A stretch of 64,000 nucleotides of DNA from Candidatus Spongiisociaceae bacterium (lineage in GTDB: Bacteria > Actinomycetota > Acidimicrobiia > Spongiisociales > Spongiisociaceae): positions 224,001 to 288,000 of the forward strand of contig OZ253564.1 in the NCBI GenBank assembly GCA_965262915.1. The letters run 5' to 3'. Under the pieces are notes generated by a model, which saw nothing but the letters and a program-made list of their open reading frames with translations, did not search any database and was not told the origin of the DNA. Below, piece by piece: positions 1-13,616 of the stretch. Positions within the stretch are counted from its first letter, which is position 1; every line of letters starts with the position of its first letter. The position numbers were made by a program, and so were the translations under genes.

Positions 1-532
1 AGGCCGCCAGCAGTCCCGGCGGTGTGATCTCCTCGGGCGTCTTGCCCCTGGCCCTCGCCACGTCCTCCGGACGCCGCTGGCCCTTGAGACCGTTCACCGT
101 TGCCCTGGCCACGTTGAGGTGGGTCGGGGAGCCCAACGACTTGGTGAGGGCGTCACGCACCCCGGCCGCCTCGAGGATCTGACGCACCGAACCGCCCGCT
201 ATCACGCCGGTGCCGGGCGACGCGGGCTTGAGGAGGACCCGTGAGGCGCCGTGCCTGCCCACCACCCGGTGGATGAGCGTCGTGCCGGCCATCGGGATCG
301 TGAACATCGACTTGCGCGCCGATTCGATGGCCTTCTGGATGGCGGTCGGGACCTCCTTGGCCTTGCCGTAGCCGATCCCGACCCGTCCCTTGCCGTCCCC
401 GAGCGCCACGAGGGCGGTGAACGAGAAACGGCGGCCGCCCTTGCTCACTTTGGCCACGCGGTTGATCTCGATGACCCTCTCGTCGTACTGGGGACCGGAG
501 TCGATCCCGCCTCTGCGTCTCCTAGAAGTCAA
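1..532 (-). CDS. rpsE: 30S ribosomal protein S5 (3' end runs off window; probable TTG start)
   Basis: Manual translation [27 protein letters not shown]...GYGKAKEVP; follows rplR in spc order. Confidence 0.95.
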   Translation of the reverse strand, partial: MTSRRRRGGIDSGPQYDERVIEINRVAKVSKGGRRFSFTALVALGDGKGRVGIGYGKAKEVPTAIQKAIESARKSMFTIPMAGTTLIHRVVGRHGASRVLLKPASPGTGVIAGGSVRQILEAAGVRDALTKSLGSPTHLNVARATVNGLKGQRRPEDVARARGKTPEEITPPGLLAA

Positions 533-875
533 GTCCCGCCTCCCTTGCTGCCTGCGCCAATGCCTCCACCCGACCGTGGAAGGGATGCCCTCCGCGGTCA
601 AACACCACACCGGTCACGCCGGCCACCGTACCTCTGCCGGCGATGAGCCTCCCGACTTCGGCCGCCGTGGCCGAGGTCAGGGTCCTCGAGCGGAGCGTTT
701 CCTCCTGCGAAGAGGCCGCCGCCAGCGTTCGGCCGGCTACATCGTCGATGATCTGCGCGTATATGTAACGGTTGCTCCGGAACACGGCCAGACGCGGCCG
801 GGCAGCGGTTCCGCTCAACCGCTTCCGCACCCGCCGGTGGCGCCGGATCCGCGCCTGGTAACGCGTGCCGCTCAT
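522..875 (-). CDS. rplR: 50S ribosomal protein L18
   Basis: [20 protein letters not shown]...VFDRGG...AREAGLDF. Confidence 0.98.
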   Translation of the reverse strand: MSGTRYQARIRRHRRVRKRLSGTAARPRLAVFRSNRYIYAQIIDDVAGRTLAAASSQEETLRSRTLTSATAAEVGRLIAGRGTVAGVTGVVFDRGGHPFHGRVEALAQAAREAGLDF

Positions 876-1417
876 CGTGCCGCCACCCCGGTCTTACCGC
901 TCTTGCGCCGGACGTGCTCGTCGTGGTAGCGGATGCCCTTGCCCTTGTAGGGCTCGGGTGGGCGAACCCTGCGGATGTCGGCCGCCACCTGCCCCACCAG
1001 TTCCTTGTCGATGCCGTTGATGACGATGGTGGTCGCGTTGGGAACCTCGAAGTCGATCCCGTCCACGGGGGGGATCGGAACGGTGTGGCTGAACCCGACC
1101 TGGAGTTCCAGCCCCCGGCCTCTCGGGAGTACCCGGTACCCGACGCCGACGATGTTGAGCGTCTTGCGGTAACCCAGGGAGACCCCTGTGACCATGTTGT
1201 TTACCAACGCCCTGGCCAGCCCGTGGTAGGCGCGGCTGCGGCGCTCTTCGTCCCGCCGGGTCACCACGCACTTGCCGTCCACCAACGCGAAGCTGACGCG
1301 GTCCTCGAAGGTGCGTCGCAGGGAACCCTTCGGTCCTACGACCGTCACGTCCGCCCCGGAGACGGTGACCTTCACACCGGCGGGCACGGGGACCGGGATC
1401 TTTCCTATCCGGCTCAT
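872..1417 (-). CDS. rplF: 50S ribosomal protein L6
   Basis: MSRIGKIPV...[11 protein letters not shown]. Confidence 0.98.
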   Translation of the reverse strand: MSRIGKIPVPVPAGVKVTVSGADVTVVGPKGSLRRTFEDRVSFALVDGKCVVTRRDEERRSRAYHGLARALVNNMVTGVSLGYRKTLNIVGVGYRVLPRGRGLELQVGFSHTVPIPPVDGIDFEVPNATTIVINGIDKELVGQVAADIRRVRPPEPYKGKGIRYHDEHVRRKSGKTGVAAR

Positions 1418-1419
1418 GA

Positions 1420-1821
1420 TCACCAGACCTCGCACAGCAGTTCGCCGCCCAAGCGCCGGCGCCGGGCTTCCCGGTCCGGGAGCAACCCCTGGGAGGTGGA
1501 CACGATCACCGTTCCGAGCCCTCCCTGCGATCGGGGCAACTCGTCGGCGCCCTTGTATATGCGCCGGCCGGGGCGGGACACCCGCCGCAGGCCGTGGAGT
1601 ATCCGGTCGCGGTTGCCCTTGCCCGCGTACTTGAGGCGGATGGTCAACTCGGTGCCCCGTGTGGCCGGGGCCACGTCGTACCCGTCCACGTAACCCTCCG
1701 ACGCCAGCAGCTTGGCGATCTGCTCCTTGAGCTTCGACGAGGGCATGGTCACCGTCGCGTGCAGCACCAGGTTGGCGTTGCGTATCCGGGTCAGCATGTC
1801 GGCGATGGGGTCGGTCATCAT
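1420..1821 (-). CDS. rpsH: 30S ribosomal protein S8
   Basis: MTDPIADMLTRIRNA...RVSRPGRRIY...GGELLCEVW. Confidence 0.98.
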   Translation of the reverse strand: MMTDPIADMLTRIRNANLVLHATVTMPSSKLKEQIAKLLASEGYVDGYDVAPATRGTELTIRLKYAGKGNRDRILHGLRRVSRPGRRIYKGADELPRSQGGLGTVIVSTSQGLLPDREARRRRLGGELLCEVW

Positions 1822-1828
1822 GTCGGTA

Positions 1829-2134
1829 TCACCACGAGGACTTCATCACGCCGGGAAGCTCGCCGCGGTGGGCGAGTTCCCGTAGCGCGATACGGGACAT
1901 TCCGAACTGGCGGAGGTAACCCCGCGGGCGCCCGGTGATCCCGCACCGGTTCCGGTACCGGGTGGCGCTGGCGTCGCGCGGCATCTTGGCGATGGCCGCG
2001 TAAGCCTGCCGTTTGGCCTCCAGAGTGGCCTCGGGGTCCTTGATGACCTCGACCAACTCGGCTCGGCGCTCGCGGTAGCGCTCGACGAGCTCCCCCCGCC
2101 GCTTGTTCTTGGCAACCATCGACTTCTTGGCCAT
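1829..2134 (-). CDS. rpsN: 30S ribosomal protein S14, long (101 aa) form lacking the zinc ribbon
   Basis: [10 protein letters not shown]...[12 protein letters not shown]...[11 protein letters not shown]; only one Cys. Confidence 0.97.
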   Translation of the reverse strand: MAKKSMVAKNKRRGELVERYRERRAELVEVIKDPEATLEAKRQAYAAIAKMPRDASATRYRNRCGITGRPRGYLRQFGMSRIALRELAHRGELPGVMKSSW

Positions 2135-2151
2135 CGTTCTCGCCTCACATC

Positions 2152-2721
2152 TCAGTTGGTCAGGGGCGCCGTCCGCCGGAACGGAAAGCCGAACGCGTCC
2201 AGCAATACCCGTGCGCCCCGATCTTCGGAGGCGGTCGTGCAGATGGTTATGTCCATACCGCGGACCGCCGTCACCTTGTCATAGTCGATCTCGGGAAAGA
2301 TGAGCTGCTCGCTCACCCCGAAGCTGTAGTTACCGCGACCGTCGAACGAGGCCGGGTTGAGACCACGGAAATCCCGGATACGGGGGATAGAGATGGTAAT
2401 CAACCTGTCCAGAAACTCCCAGGCCCGGTCGCCCCGGATGGTCACGGAACACCCGACCGGGTTGCCGGCACGCAGCTTGAAGCTGGCAATCGACCGGCGG
2501 GCCCGGTTGAGCCGCGGCTTCTGCCCGGTGATGGTGGCCAGGTCGTCCATGGCGGCGTGGACCTGCTTGGCGTCGCCCACGGCCTCGCCGACACCCATGT
2601 TCACCACGATCTTGTCGATCGTCGGCACCAGCATGGGGTTGTCGAGGCCGAGCTGCTCCATGATCCGGGAGCGCACGGTGTCCCAGTACCGTTGCTTGAG
2701 GCGGGGGACGGTCGGGTTCAT
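2152..2721 (-). CDS. rplE: 50S ribosomal protein L5
   Basis: [11 protein letters not shown]...PRIRDFRGL...[17 protein letters not shown]. Confidence 0.98.
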   Translation of the reverse strand: MNPTVPRLKQRYWDTVRSRIMEQLGLDNPMLVPTIDKIVVNMGVGEAVGDAKQVHAAMDDLATITGQKPRLNRARRSIASFKLRAGNPVGCSVTIRGDRAWEFLDRLITISIPRIRDFRGLNPASFDGRGNYSFGVSEQLIFPEIDYDKVTAVRGMDITICTTASEDRGARVLLDAFGFPFRRTAPLTN

Positions 2722-2746
2722 CGGTCGCACCGTTTTCTCATGGGAC

Positions 2747-3052
2747 TCATACCTCCGAGCCGCACTTCACGCAACGCCGGAACTTCCCGCCCGCCTCGCT
2801 GAACGCTGCCTCCACCCTCACCGGCCCGCACTCGTCGCAGACCAGCATGACGTTCGAGATGTGGATGGGCAGGTCCTTGTCGACGATGCCCGCCTGGAGG
2901 GTCCGGCCCCGGGCCTTCTGGTGGCGCTTGGCGGTGTTTATACCCTCGACGATCACCTTGCCCTCTTTGGGGAACACCCGGGCAATCCGCGACTCGCGGC
3001 CCCGGTCCTTGCCGGAGACGACCATCACCTTGTCGCCCTGCCGTATCGACAT
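2747..3052 (-). CDS. rplX: 50S ribosomal protein L24
   Basis: [16 protein letters not shown]...PIHISNVML. Confidence 0.97.
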   Translation of the reverse strand: MSIRQGDKVMVVSGKDRGRESRIARVFPKEGKVIVEGINTAKRHQKARGRTLQAGIVDKDLPIHISNVMLVCDECGPVRVEAAFSEAGGKFRRCVKCGSEV

Positions 3053-3420
3053 CAGATGACCTCCGGCGCCAGGGAGACGATGCGCATGAAGCGGCGGTCC
3101 CGCAGCTCGCGGGCCACCGGCCCGAAGATGCGAGTGCCGCGGGGCAGGAGGTTCTCGTTGATGATCACGCAGGCGTTGTCGTCGAACCTGATGTAGGTGC
3201 CGTCTCTGCGGCGCTGCTCCTTGGCGGTACGCACCACCACGGCCCTGACTACCTCGCCCTTCTTGATCGCCGCCCCCGGGCTGGCCTGCTTCACGGTGGC
3301 CACGATGACGTCACCGATCCTGGCATAGCGACGGCGCGACCCGCCCAGCACACGGATGCACAGCACCTCGCGGGCGCCGCTGTTGTCCGCAACCTTGAGC
3401 CGCGACTCCTGCTGGATCAT
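3052..3420 (-). CDS. rplN: 50S ribosomal protein L14
   Basis: [16 protein letters not shown]...IVSLAPEVI. Confidence 0.98.
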   Translation of the reverse strand: MIQQESRLKVADNSGAREVLCIRVLGGSRRRYARIGDVIVATVKQASPGAAIKKGEVVRAVVVRTAKEQRRRDGTYIRFDDNACVIINENLLPRGTRIFGPVARELRDRRFMRIVSLAPEVI

Positions 3421-3674
3421 CGGGCCCGCTCCAGTATCTCGACCAGACGCCACCGCTTGGTCTTCGACCGCGGGCGGGTCTCCGTGATCAGCACCCGGTC
3501 TCCGTTGCGGGCGTCGTTCTCCTCGTCGTGCACGTGCAGCTTCTTGGCCGTGCGCACGATCTTGTCGTAGCGCCGGTGGCGGGTGGCCCGCTCGATCCTC
3601 ACAGTGATCGTCCGGCTCCGGGCGTCCGAGACCACGACGCCCACACGGCTCTTGCGGGGGGCGCGCTCAACCAT
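3417..3674 (-). CDS. rpsQ: 30S ribosomal protein S17
   Basis: GVVVSD...HDEEN...[14 protein letters not shown]. Confidence 0.97.
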   Translation of the reverse strand: MVERAPRKSRVGVVVSDARSRTITVRIERATRHRRYDKIVRTAKKLHVHDEENDARNGDRVLITETRPRSKTKRWRLVEILERAR

Positions 3675-3888
3675 GGTGTCCTGCCCTAGTTCCGGCCTCC
3701 TCCAGGACGGCCTCGTGCATGACGGTCTTTATGCGGGCGACCTGGCGTCGGAGACGTCCCAACGACGCGGTGTCCTCCGATTGGCTCACCGCCAGTTGGA
3801 ACCGGAGGTTGAACAGCTCCTCCTTGGTGTCGTCCAGCATGTCGACCAACTCGGACGGAGTCAGGTCGCGCAGTTCCGAAGCCTTCAT
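3667..3888 (-). CDS. rpmC: 50S ribosomal protein L29
   Basis: MKASELRDL...ELFNLRFQ...VARIKTV. Confidence 0.97.
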   Translation of the reverse strand: MKASELRDLTPSELVDMLDDTKEELFNLRFQLAVSQSEDTASLGRLRRQVARIKTVMHEAVLEEAGTRAGHHG

Positions 3889-3931
3889 ACCCCTCCCCCG
3901 ATCATCGGTTCCGCTATCACCGGTACTCGCA

Positions 3932-4345
3932 TCACAGTGGCTCCCTCGTGACGAACTTGGTCTTGATCGGAAGCTTATGGCCGGCCTTGCGGATCGCCTC
4001 CCGCGCCAACTCCTCGGTCACGCCCGAGAGTTCCATCATCACCCGGCCTGGCTTGACCACCGCCACCCAGTACTCGGGATTGCCCTTGCCGGACCCCATC
4101 CGGGTCTCGGCCGGCTTGGCTGTCATGGGCTTGTCGGGAAATATGTTGATCCACACCTTCCCGCCCCGGCGCACCGTCCTGGTGATCGCCACCCGGGCCG
4201 CCTCGATCTGGCGCGCGGTGATGTGGGCCGGCTCGAGAGCCTGGATACCGTAGTCACCGAAGCACACCGACCTGCCGCCCTTGGCATAGCCCTTAATCCG
4301 GCCTCGGTGTACCTTGCGGTACTTGGTGCGTTTCGGCATCAACAT
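3932..4345 (-). CDS. rplP: 50S ribosomal protein L16
   Basis: [11 protein letters not shown]...[12 protein letters not shown]. Confidence 0.98.
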   Translation of the reverse strand: MLMPKRTKYRKVHRGRIKGYAKGGRSVCFGDYGIQALEPAHITARQIEAARVAITRTVRRGGKVWINIFPDKPMTAKPAETRMGSGKGNPEYWVAVVKPGRVMMELSGVTEELAREAIRKAGHKLPIKTKFVTREPL

Positions 4346-4349
4346 CGGC

Positions 4350-5318
4350 CTACCTCCGCTTGCCGCCGGGCGTGCTCTTGCCGGGACCGGGCTTACCACC
4401 GCCCCGAGCAGGCTGACCCCTCCCAGAAGCCGGCTTACCACCGCCCGTCTGGGTGGACTCGGCCTCGGCCCGGGCCGTGTCGTAGACCGACTTGGCCTCC
4501 GCGGCGGTGATCTTGCGGCCGCCCCCGGCTTCGATGATTCTCTTCCCGCCGCCGGCCTCGATGACCCGCGTGGAGCGGCGTCCGCCTGCTCGTTGTTCGG
4601 CGCGGCTCTTGGCCGGCGTCATGCGACGCCCGGCCGGCCGGCCGGCTGCCAGGGCTGCCTCGGCGGCGATCTTCTCTCGTGTGGTCTTGAGCGAGGTGAC
4701 CACATCACCCTTGTAGACCCAGACCTTCACCCCGACGGCCCCCACCGAGGTGGCTGCAGTGGCCTGGCCGTAGTCGATGTCGGCCCGGAGCGTGTGAAGC
4801 GGCACCCGGCCCTCGCGGTACCACTCGCGCCGGCACATGTCGGCGCCGCCCAGGCGACCGGCACACTCCACCCTGACCCCCTCGGCGCCCGCCTTGAGGG
4901 CGGTCTGCACGGTTCGTCTCATGGCACGCCGGAAGGCCACCCGGTTCTCGAGCTGGTCGGCTACCCCGCGCGCCAGGAGCTGCGCATCGGTCTCGGGATC
5001 CTTGACCTCGATGATGTTGAGCTTGACCCGGCGTCCGGTCATCTTCTCGATCCCGGAGCGGATCCGCTCGGCCTCGCTGCCCTTGCGGCCGATTACCGCC
5101 CCCGGCCGGGCCGTGTGAACGTCGACCTGGAGCCGCTCCCTCGTGCGCTCTATGTCCACCCGCGACACGGCCCCCCTCTTCAGTTCCCGACGGAGGTAGT
5201 CGCGGATCCGGAAATCCTCGTTGGCGAGCGCCGTGTACTCCTTCTCGGAATACCACCGCGACTTCCAGTCGGTGACGATCCCGAGGCGGAACCCGTACGG
5301 ATGCGTCTTCTGGCCCAT
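4350..5318 (-). CDS. rpsC: 30S ribosomal protein S3 with long C-terminal tail
   Basis: [13 protein letters not shown]...[15 protein letters not shown]. Confidence 0.98.
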   Translation of the reverse strand: MGQKTHPYGFRLGIVTDWKSRWYSEKEYTALANEDFRIRDYLRRELKRGAVSRVDIERTRERLQVDVHTARPGAVIGRKGSEAERIRSGIEKMTGRRVKLNIIEVKDPETDAQLLARGVADQLENRVAFRRAMRRTVQTALKAGAEGVRVECAGRLGGADMCRREWYREGRVPLHTLRADIDYGQATAATSVGAVGVKVWVYKGDVVTSLKTTREKIAAEAALAAGRPAGRRMTPAKSRAEQRAGGRRSTRVIEAGGGKRIIEAGGGRKITAAEAKSVYDTARAEAESTQTGGGKPASGRGQPARGGGKPGPGKSTPGGKRR

Positions 5319-5683
5319 CAGTCTGTCTCCTCCCGCCCGTCTGAAACCACGATCGTGATATGGCAGGTGCGTTTGCGGATCCTGGTGGCCCGGCCCCGGG
5401 CGCGGGGTCGGAAGCGCTTGATGGTCACGCCCTCATTGGCATAGGCCTCCACAAGGGTGACCTCGTCGGCCAACTCGTCGAGATCCTGGCCCAACTCGAA
5501 CTTGGAGTTCATGTTGGCCAACGCCGACCGGAGGCACTTGAGGATCGGCTGGGCGGCGCGCCGATTGGAGAACCGGAGCGCCACCGTGGCGCTGGCGGCG
5601 GACATACCTCTCACATGGTCGAGCACCACCCGCACCTTGTAGGGCGACTGGCGGACGTGGCGGGCGTGGGCGACGGCTCTCAT
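5318..5683 (-). CDS. rplV: 50S ribosomal protein L22
   Basis: [11 protein letters not shown]...[25 protein letters not shown]. Confidence 0.97.
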   Translation of the reverse strand: MRAVAHARHVRQSPYKVRVVLDHVRGMSAASATVALRFSNRRAAQPILKCLRSALANMNSKFELGQDLDELADEVTLVEAYANEGVTIKRFRPRARGRATRIRKRTCHITIVVSDGREETD

Positions 5684-5693
5684 CTCGAATCTC

Positions 5694-5978
5694 TCATCTC
5701 CAGGACGCCCGTTCCCTCTTCGACCCGGCGTGGCCCCGGAAGGTACGGGTCGGGGCGAACTCGCCCAGCTTGTGATCCACCATCTGTTCGGTGATGTAGA
5801 TCGGGGTGTGCTTGCGCCCATCGTGGACGGCGATAGTGAGGCCGACCATCTCGGGGATGATGGTGCTCCGGCGGCTCCACGTGCGGATCATCCGCTTGTC
5901 CCCGGTCCGGTTGTAGACCTCCACCTTCTTCATCAGGTGCTCGTCCACAAAGGGACCTTTCCTGCGGCTGCGTGCCAT
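5694..5978 (-). CDS. rpsS: 30S ribosomal protein S19
   Basis: [12 protein letters not shown]...TWSRRSTI...[10 protein letters not shown]. Confidence 0.98.
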   Translation of the reverse strand: MARSRRKGPFVDEHLMKKVEVYNRTGDKRMIRTWSRRSTIIPEMVGLTIAVHDGRKHTPIYITEQMVDHKLGEFAPTRTFRGHAGSKRERASWR

Positions 5979-5981
5979 CGT

Positions 5982-6815
5982 CTACCTCCGACCCTTCTTG
6001 GTGCGGCGCCGCACGATATCGCGGTTGCTGGCCTTGTTCCGATTCCGGGTGCTCCCTTCGGACTTACCCCAGGGCGAGACAGGATGGCGGCCGCCCGACG
6101 AACGACCCTCCCCGCCGCCCAGCGGATGGTCCACCGGGTTCATCGCCACACCGCGTGTCTGGGGCCGTACCCCCTTCCAGCGGTTGCGTCCCGCCTTGCC
6201 CAACTTGATCAGCTCCGCCTCGCGGTTGCCGACCTGCCCGATGGTGGCGCGGCAGTCGAGCGGCACGTAGCGAACCTCCCCGGAAGGAAGGCGCAGGAGG
6301 GCCCGCTTTCCCTCCTTGGACATCAACTGGACTCCGGTACCCGCGGCCCTCGCCATCCTCGCCCCGCCTCCGGGTCTCAACTCGATGGCGTGCACGACGG
6401 TCCCGGCCGGGATGTTCCGGAGCGGCAGCGCGTTACCGGGATGGATCTCCGCGCCGGGACCTGACTCCAGCATGTCGCCCACCGAGACCCCGACGGGATG
6501 GAGTATGTAGCGCTTCTCCCCGTCGACGTAGTGGAGGAGGGCCAACCGGGCATTCCGGTTCGGGTCGTACTCGACCGCCGCCACCCGGGCCGGTACACCG
6601 TCCTTGTTCCTGCGGAAGTCGACGATGCGGTAGCGGCGCTTATGACCGCCTCCCCGGTGGCGTGAGGTGATCCGCCCGTGGACGTTACGGCCCGACGAAC
6701 GCTTCTTCTTGGCCAGCAGCGATTTCTCCGGCTTCGACTTGGTGATCGTCCCAAAGTCCGAGACGGTCTGGAACCTTCTCCCCGCCGACGTGGGTTTTCT
6801 CTTCTTCACCGCCAT
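5982..6815 (-). CDS. rplB: 50S ribosomal protein L2
   Basis: [17 protein letters not shown]. Confidence 0.98.
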   Translation of the reverse strand: MAVKKRKPTSAGRRFQTVSDFGTITKSKPEKSLLAKKKRSSGRNVHGRITSRHRGGGHKRRYRIVDFRRNKDGVPARVAAVEYDPNRNARLALLHYVDGEKRYILHPVGVSVGDMLESGPGAEIHPGNALPLRNIPAGTVVHAIELRPGGGARMARAAGTGVQLMSKEGKRALLRLPSGEVRYVPLDCRATIGQVGNREAELIKLGKAGRNRWKGVRPQTRGVAMNPVDHPLGGGEGRSSGGRHPVSPWGKSEGSTRNRNKASNRDIVRRRTKKGRR

Positions 6816-6830
6816 ATCACACTCCCCGTC

Positions 6831-7118
6831 TCACACGCCGAAGATCCCGACCGTGTGACCCCGCGGCAGGGTCACCATGGCCCGCTTGCTGTCGGCCCGC
6901 CTGCCCGTCACGAACCCGGTTCGCTTGCGCTTGCCCTTGCGGTTGAGGGTGTTGACCTTGAGCACCGGGACCTCGAAGAGCACTTCGACAGCCTTCCTGA
7001 TCTCCTCCTTGCGGGCCCGGCGGTCCACTATGAAGGTATAGGTGTTGGTCCGCTCGATGAGGTCGTAGGACTTCTCCGATATCACCGGAAGCAGGATGAC
7101 GTCGCGCGGGTCCTTCAT
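6831..7118 (-). CDS. rplW: 50S ribosomal protein L23
   Basis: PVISEKS...YTFIVD...VNTLNRKGK. Confidence 0.97.
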   Translation of the reverse strand: MKDPRDVILLPVISEKSYDLIERTNTYTFIVDRRARKEEIRKAVEVLFEVPVLKVNTLNRKGKRKRTGFVTGRRADSKRAMVTLPRGHTVGIFGV

Positions 7119-7870
7119 GCTGAACCTCCTCCGAGCCCGACCCCTGCGACGGCACCGGCATCCCCGACGGAGTCGTCGTCCCGGATGAAGTCGTCGTCCG
7201 ACACGTCGTAGGGACCGGGAGCCCAGTCGACCGGCGACCCGGTGGTCTCCTCCAGGGCCCGGCCCGAGAAGACCACGGTGTCGGACCAGAGCACGTCGTA
7301 GGTGTTGAGATACCCGGCGCGTCTCAGCACGACGGGGGGGAGGTTACGGAAGGAGCGGGCCGCGGTCGCCTCGGACCGGTCCAGAACCACCAGCGCCTTG
7401 CCCTGTATACCGATCGCCTCGAGCAGGGCGGCGGCCCGCTTCGTCTTGGGCGACTCCCAATCGAAAACGTCGACGATCTTCACCGCTCCCTCCGAGGCCC
7501 GGGCCGACAGGGCGCTGCGCAGCGCCAGGGCCTTCATCTTCTTGGGGGTGCGCTGAGCGTAGCTCCTGGGCCGGGGACCGTGGGCCACCCCGCCGCCGAC
7601 CCAGATGGGAGAACGGATGGAACCATGGCGGGCCCTCCCCAGACCCTTCTGGCGCCACGGCTTGCGGCCTCCGCCCCGCACCTCGGCCCTCGTCTTGGCC
7701 TTGGCGGTGCCGGCCCGGATCCCGGCCAGGTACGCCACCACCACTTGGTGCATGACATCCCGGTTCGGTTCGATGCCGAACGCTTCGGAGTCGAGCGTCA
7801 CCTCTCCCTTGCGGACGCCCTCCGCGTCGTACAGGAATGCAACCCGGTCAGGCATCTCCCTCTCAACCAC
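7115..7870 (-). CDS. rplD: 50S ribosomal protein L4 (start may be 7855)
   Basis: [30 protein letters not shown]. Confidence 0.97.
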   Translation of the reverse strand: MVEREMPDRVAFLYDAEGVRKGEVTLDSEAFGIEPNRDVMHQVVVAYLAGIRAGTAKAKTRAEVRGGGRKPWRQKGLGRARHGSIRSPIWVGGGVAHGPRPRSYAQRTPKKMKALALRSALSARASEGAVKIVDVFDWESPKTKRAAALLEAIGIQGKALVVLDRSEATAARSFRNLPPVVLRRAGYLNTYDVLWSDTVVFSGRALEETTGSPVDWAPGPYDVSDDDFIRDDDSVGDAGAVAGVGLGGGSA

Positions 7871-8504
7871 CCTTCACCGCTTCGCGCACGAACACCAATC
7901 CGCCCTTGGGACCCGGTACGGAGCCTTGCAGGACCAGCAGGTCACGCTCCGTGTCGACACCCACCACCACGAGGCTCAGGATCGTGGTGCGTTCCCCGCC
8001 CATGCGGCCGGGCAGCTTGGTGCCCTTGAAGACCCGGGCAGGAGTGGCGCAGGCCCCGATGGCGCCGGGCGATCGGTGGGTCTTGTGGACGCCGTGGCTG
8101 GCGCCCTGACCCCGGAAGTTGTGGCGCTTCATGACCCCCTGGAATCCCTTGCCCTTGGAGACACCGGTCACATCGGCCATGCCGCCCGCCTCGAACAGGT
8201 CACCGACCCGCAACTCCTGGCCCAGCTCGAAGGTCCCGATGTCGTCGACCCGTACCTCGACCAGGTGGCGGGCCGGCTGGACCCCCGCCTTGGCGAAGTG
8301 CCCGGCCCGCGGCTTGTTCGCCTTGTGGGGGGGCATCCTGCCGTAGGCCAGTTGCACCGCCGTGTAGCCGTCGTTCTCCTCGGTACGTATCTGGGTGACG
8401 TGGCAGGGGCCAGCCTTGATGACCGTCACCGGGATGGCCCGCGCCTGCTCGTCGAAGATGCGGGTCATCCCCAGCTTCTCTCCCAGGAGAGCGGCGGGGA
8501 TCAT
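7863..8504 (-). CDS. rplC: 50S ribosomal protein L3
   Basis: [12 protein letters not shown]...[14 protein letters not shown]. Confidence 0.97.
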   Translation of the reverse strand: MIPAALLGEKLGMTRIFDEQARAIPVTVIKAGPCHVTQIRTEENDGYTAVQLAYGRMPPHKANKPRAGHFAKAGVQPARHLVEVRVDDIGTFELGQELRVGDLFEAGGMADVTGVSKGKGFQGVMKRHNFRGQGASHGVHKTHRSPGAIGACATPARVFKGTKLPGRMGGERTTILSLVVVGVDTERDLLVLQGSVPGPKGGLVFVREAVKGG

Positions 8505-8809
8505 GTCTCGATCTCCACTTCGACACCCGCCGGCAGGTCGAGCCTCATCAGCGACTCGATCGTGTTGTGGGTGGGCCGGAGGATGTCGATGAGGCGCTTG
8601 TGCGTGCGTATCTCGAAGTGCTCGCGGGAGTCCTTGTAGACATGGGGCGAGCGGATCACGCAGTATCGGTGGACCCTGGTCGGAAGCGGAACCGGACCAT
8701 GCACTATGGCCTGGGTACGTATGACCGTCTCGGCGATCTTGCGCGCCGACTCGTCCACCACCTGGTGGTCGTAAGCCTTCAATTTGATCCGGATCCGTTG
8801 TTCTTTCAT
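8501..8809 (-). CDS. rpsJ: 30S ribosomal protein S10
   Basis: [10 protein letters not shown]...GPVPLPT...RTHKRLIDI. Confidence 0.98.
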   Translation of the reverse strand: MKEQRIRIKLKAYDHQVVDESARKIAETVIRTQAIVHGPVPLPTRVHRYCVIRSPHVYKDSREHFEIRTHKRLIDILRPTHNTIESLMRLDLPAGVEVEIET

Positions 8810-8862
8810 GACGCTTTCCCGCTGATATCCGAGCTATTCGCCCGTTTCTCGTCTTCCATCCG

Positions 8863-10050
8863 TTACTTGGTGATTTTGGTGACGGTGCCCGCACCTACAG
8901 TACGACCACCCTCCCGAATAGCAAACCGCAAACCCTCATCCATAGCAATAGCAAACCCCAACTCCACCGACATATACGTATTATCACCCGGCATCACCAT
9001 CTCCACACCCCCAGGCAACCCCACCCGACCAGTCACATCCGTAGTACGAAAATAAAACTGCGGCTGATACCCAGGAAAAAACGGATTATGCCGACCACCC
9101 TCATCCTTAGTCAACACATACACCTGCGCATCAAAACACGTATGCGGCGTAATCGAGGACGGCGCAGCCAACACCTGCCCCCGCTCCACATCCCCCTTAC
9201 GAACCCCCCGCAACAACACCCCAATATTGTCACCAGCCCGACCCTCATCCAACAACTTCCGAAACATCTCCACCCCCGTCGCCACCGTACGACGAGTCTC
9301 CCGAATCCCCACCACCTCAACCGTCTCACCAACCCGAACCACACCAGCCTCCACCTTCCCAGTCACCACCGTCCCCCGACCAGTAATCGAAAACACATCC
9401 TCAATCGGCATCAAAAACGGCCGATCCACCGGACGATCAGGAACCGGCACATACGAATCAACCGCATCCATCAACTCCAACACACCCCCAGCCGCCACCG
9501 GATCACCCTCCAACGCCCCCAACGCCGACACCGGAACCACCGGCACGTCATCACCCGGAAACCCATAATCATCCAACAGCTCCCGAACCTCCAACTCCAC
9601 CAACTCCAACAACTCCTCATCATCCACCAAATCAACCTTATTGAGCGCCACCACCACACACGGCACCCCCACCTGACGAGCCAACAAAACATGCTCCCGC
9701 GTCTGAGGCATCGGCCCATCAGCCGCCGACACCACCAACACCGCCCCATCCACCTGCGCCGCACCCGTAATCATATTCTTGATATAATCCGCATGACCCG
9801 GCATATCCACATGAGCATAATGACGAGCAACAGTCTCATACTCCACATGAGCAATAGCAATCGTAATACCCCGCTCACGCTCCTCAGGCGCCTTATCAAT
9901 CTCATCAAACACCGTAAACACATTCCCAGACACACGCTCAGACAACACCCGAGTAATCGCAGCAGTCAACGTCGTCTTACCATGATCAATATGACCCATA
10001 GTCCCAACATTCACATGCGGCTTAACCCGCTCAAACCTAGCCTTCGCCAT
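8863..10050 (-). CDS. tuf: Elongation factor Tu
   Basis: [36 protein letters not shown]. Confidence 0.99.
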   Translation of the reverse strand: MAKARFERVKPHVNVGTMGHIDHGKTTLTAAITRVLSERVSGNVFTVFDEIDKAPEERERGITIAIAHVEYETVARHYAHVDMPGHADYIKNMITGAAQVDGAVLVVSAADGPMPQTREHVLLARQVGVPCVVVALNKVDLVDDEELLELVELEVRELLDDYGFPGDDVPVVPVSALGALEGDPVAAGGVLELMDAVDSYVPVPDRPVDRPFLMPIEDVFSITGRGTVVTGKVEAGVVRVGETVEVVGIRETRRTVATGVEMFRKLLDEGRAGDNIGVLLRGVRKGDVERGQVLAAPSSITPHTCFDAQVYVLTKDEGGRHNPFFPGYQPQFYFRTTDVTGRVGLPGGVEMVMPGDNTYMSVELGFAIAMDEGLRFAIREGGRTVGAGTVTKITK

Positions 10051-10056
10051 GGTTCA

Positions 10057-12177
<2,121 letters not shown>

Positions 12178-12238
12178 CGCTTATTCTCTTACACCGAATC
12201 GTTCTGTTTCCCTGCTTCTGGTACTGCCGCGCCGGTTC

Positions 12239-12706
12239 TCACCAGCGGTAATGGGCGAAGGCCTTGTTGGACTCCGCCATCTTGTGGAGGTCTTCCTTGT
12301 GCTTGTGGGCCGTCCCCGTCTGGTTGGAGGCGTCCAGGATCTCGTAGGCGAGGCGCTCGGCCATGGTCTTCTCCCGGCGCCGCCTTGCATAACCGACCAA
12401 CCAGCGGACCGCCAGCGTCGAGGCACGCCGGGGCCGGACATCCACGGGTACCTGGTAGGAGGTTCCGCCCACCCGGCGGGAGCGGACCTCCACCTGGGGT
12501 CGGAGGTTGTCGATCGCCCTCTTGAGAACCACCAGGGAGTCCTGGCCACTGCGGCGGGCGACAAGTTCGAGGGCCCGGTAGACGATCTTGCGGGCCTTCT
12601 CCTTCTTGCCCTTGAGCAGGACCTGGTTGATGATCTGGCCGACGAGGATGTTGCGAAATACGGGGTCGGGCTCGATGGTCCGCTTCTCGGCAGGCGCTCT
12701 CCGCAT
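12239..12706 (-). CDS. rpsG: 30S ribosomal protein S7
   Basis: [13 protein letters not shown]...NKAFAHYRW. Confidence 0.98.
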   Translation of the reverse strand: MRRAPAEKRTIEPDPVFRNILVGQIINQVLLKGKKEKARKIVYRALELVARRSGQDSLVVLKRAIDNLRPQVEVRSRRVGGTSYQVPVDVRPRRASTLAVRWLVGYARRRREKTMAERLAYEILDASNQTGTAHKHKEDLHKMAESNKAFAHYRW

Positions 12707-12708
12707 GA

Positions 12709-13080
12709 TCAGCGACCCTTCTTGGAGCCGTAGCGGGAGCGGGCCTGCCGGCGGCCCTCGACCCCTGCGGCATCGAGCGTGCCCCGGATGACCTTGTAGC
12801 GAACACCGGGAAGGTCCTTGACCCGGCCACCGCGCACCAGCACGATGGAGTGTTCCTGGAGATTGTGGCCCTCACCCGGTATGTAGGCAGTCACCTCCAC
12901 GCCGGAGGTGAGGCGGACCCGGCATACCTTGCGGAGGGCCGAGTTGGGCTTCTTGGGCGTGATCGTGTAGACGCGGGTACACACACCGCGCCGCTGGGGC
13001 GACCCGGCCAGACCCGGTGTCTTCTCCTTGCGCGCCTTGGGCTTGCGACCCTGACGCACCAACTGCTGGATAGTCGGCAA
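12709..13080 (-). CDS. rpsL: 30S ribosomal protein S12 (TTG start, GAGGAG SD upstream)
   Basis: PTIQQLVR...[11 protein letters not shown]...[12 protein letters not shown]. Confidence 0.98.
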   Translation of the reverse strand: MPTIQQLVRQGRKPKARKEKTPGLAGSPQRRGVCTRVYTITPKKPNSALRKVCRVRLTSGVEVTAYIPGEGHNLQEHSIVLVRGGRVKDLPGVRYKVIRGTLDAAGVEGRRQARSRYGSKKGR

Positions 13081-13425
13081 GTTTGCTCCTCGGGACAGGC
13101 AGGCAGTTACCCGCCCGGTCTCGTCCTCGATGTTCCGAGGATGACCGTGCGGGGACCGCATCCTATCGCGTACCGGTCGGCATAACCCCGTTACCGCCGC
13201 GCGGGCGGTCGTCGGCTGCCGAACCTTCCTACCTAATTGTGCTGGCCCCATGCCCAGAGTTCGTACCGACATGGGGTCACACCGGTAGCCCGTCAGGACA
13301 CGGAAAAACAGACGTGCATATGCACGGAGCGCAGTATATGGGATATGTACGGGATCGTCAATGGGAGAAGGGCCGGACGGCTTGGGGGGTGACCTCAAGG
13401 GGACACGGGGGGGGGGGGGGGGGGG

Positions 13426-13499
13426 CGCGGCCGGGAGGACTCGAACCCCCAACCTTCTGATCCGTAGTCAGACGCTCTGTCCATTTGAGCTACGACCGC
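13426..13499 (-). tRNA. tRNA-Arg(ACG)
   Basis: GCGGTCG acceptor stem, anticodon arm TCTGA-CT-ACG-GA-TCAGA, GGTTCGAGTCC T-loop. Confidence 0.96.
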
Positions 13500-13616
13500 A
13501 AGCGTTCAGGCGGGAACCTGGTGTGCGGTCCAACGGTAGTCGCCCCGTCCGGAAACCCAAAGGCCGGGAGCCGGTAACAGAGTGACCGCTACCCCACGAG
13601 ACAGCGGCCTGCACCC

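Noticed and set aside
13407-13425. 19-G run abutting the tRNA-Arg 3' end
   Set aside because: Homopolymer length is unreliable and could be a sequencing artefact; no function can be supported
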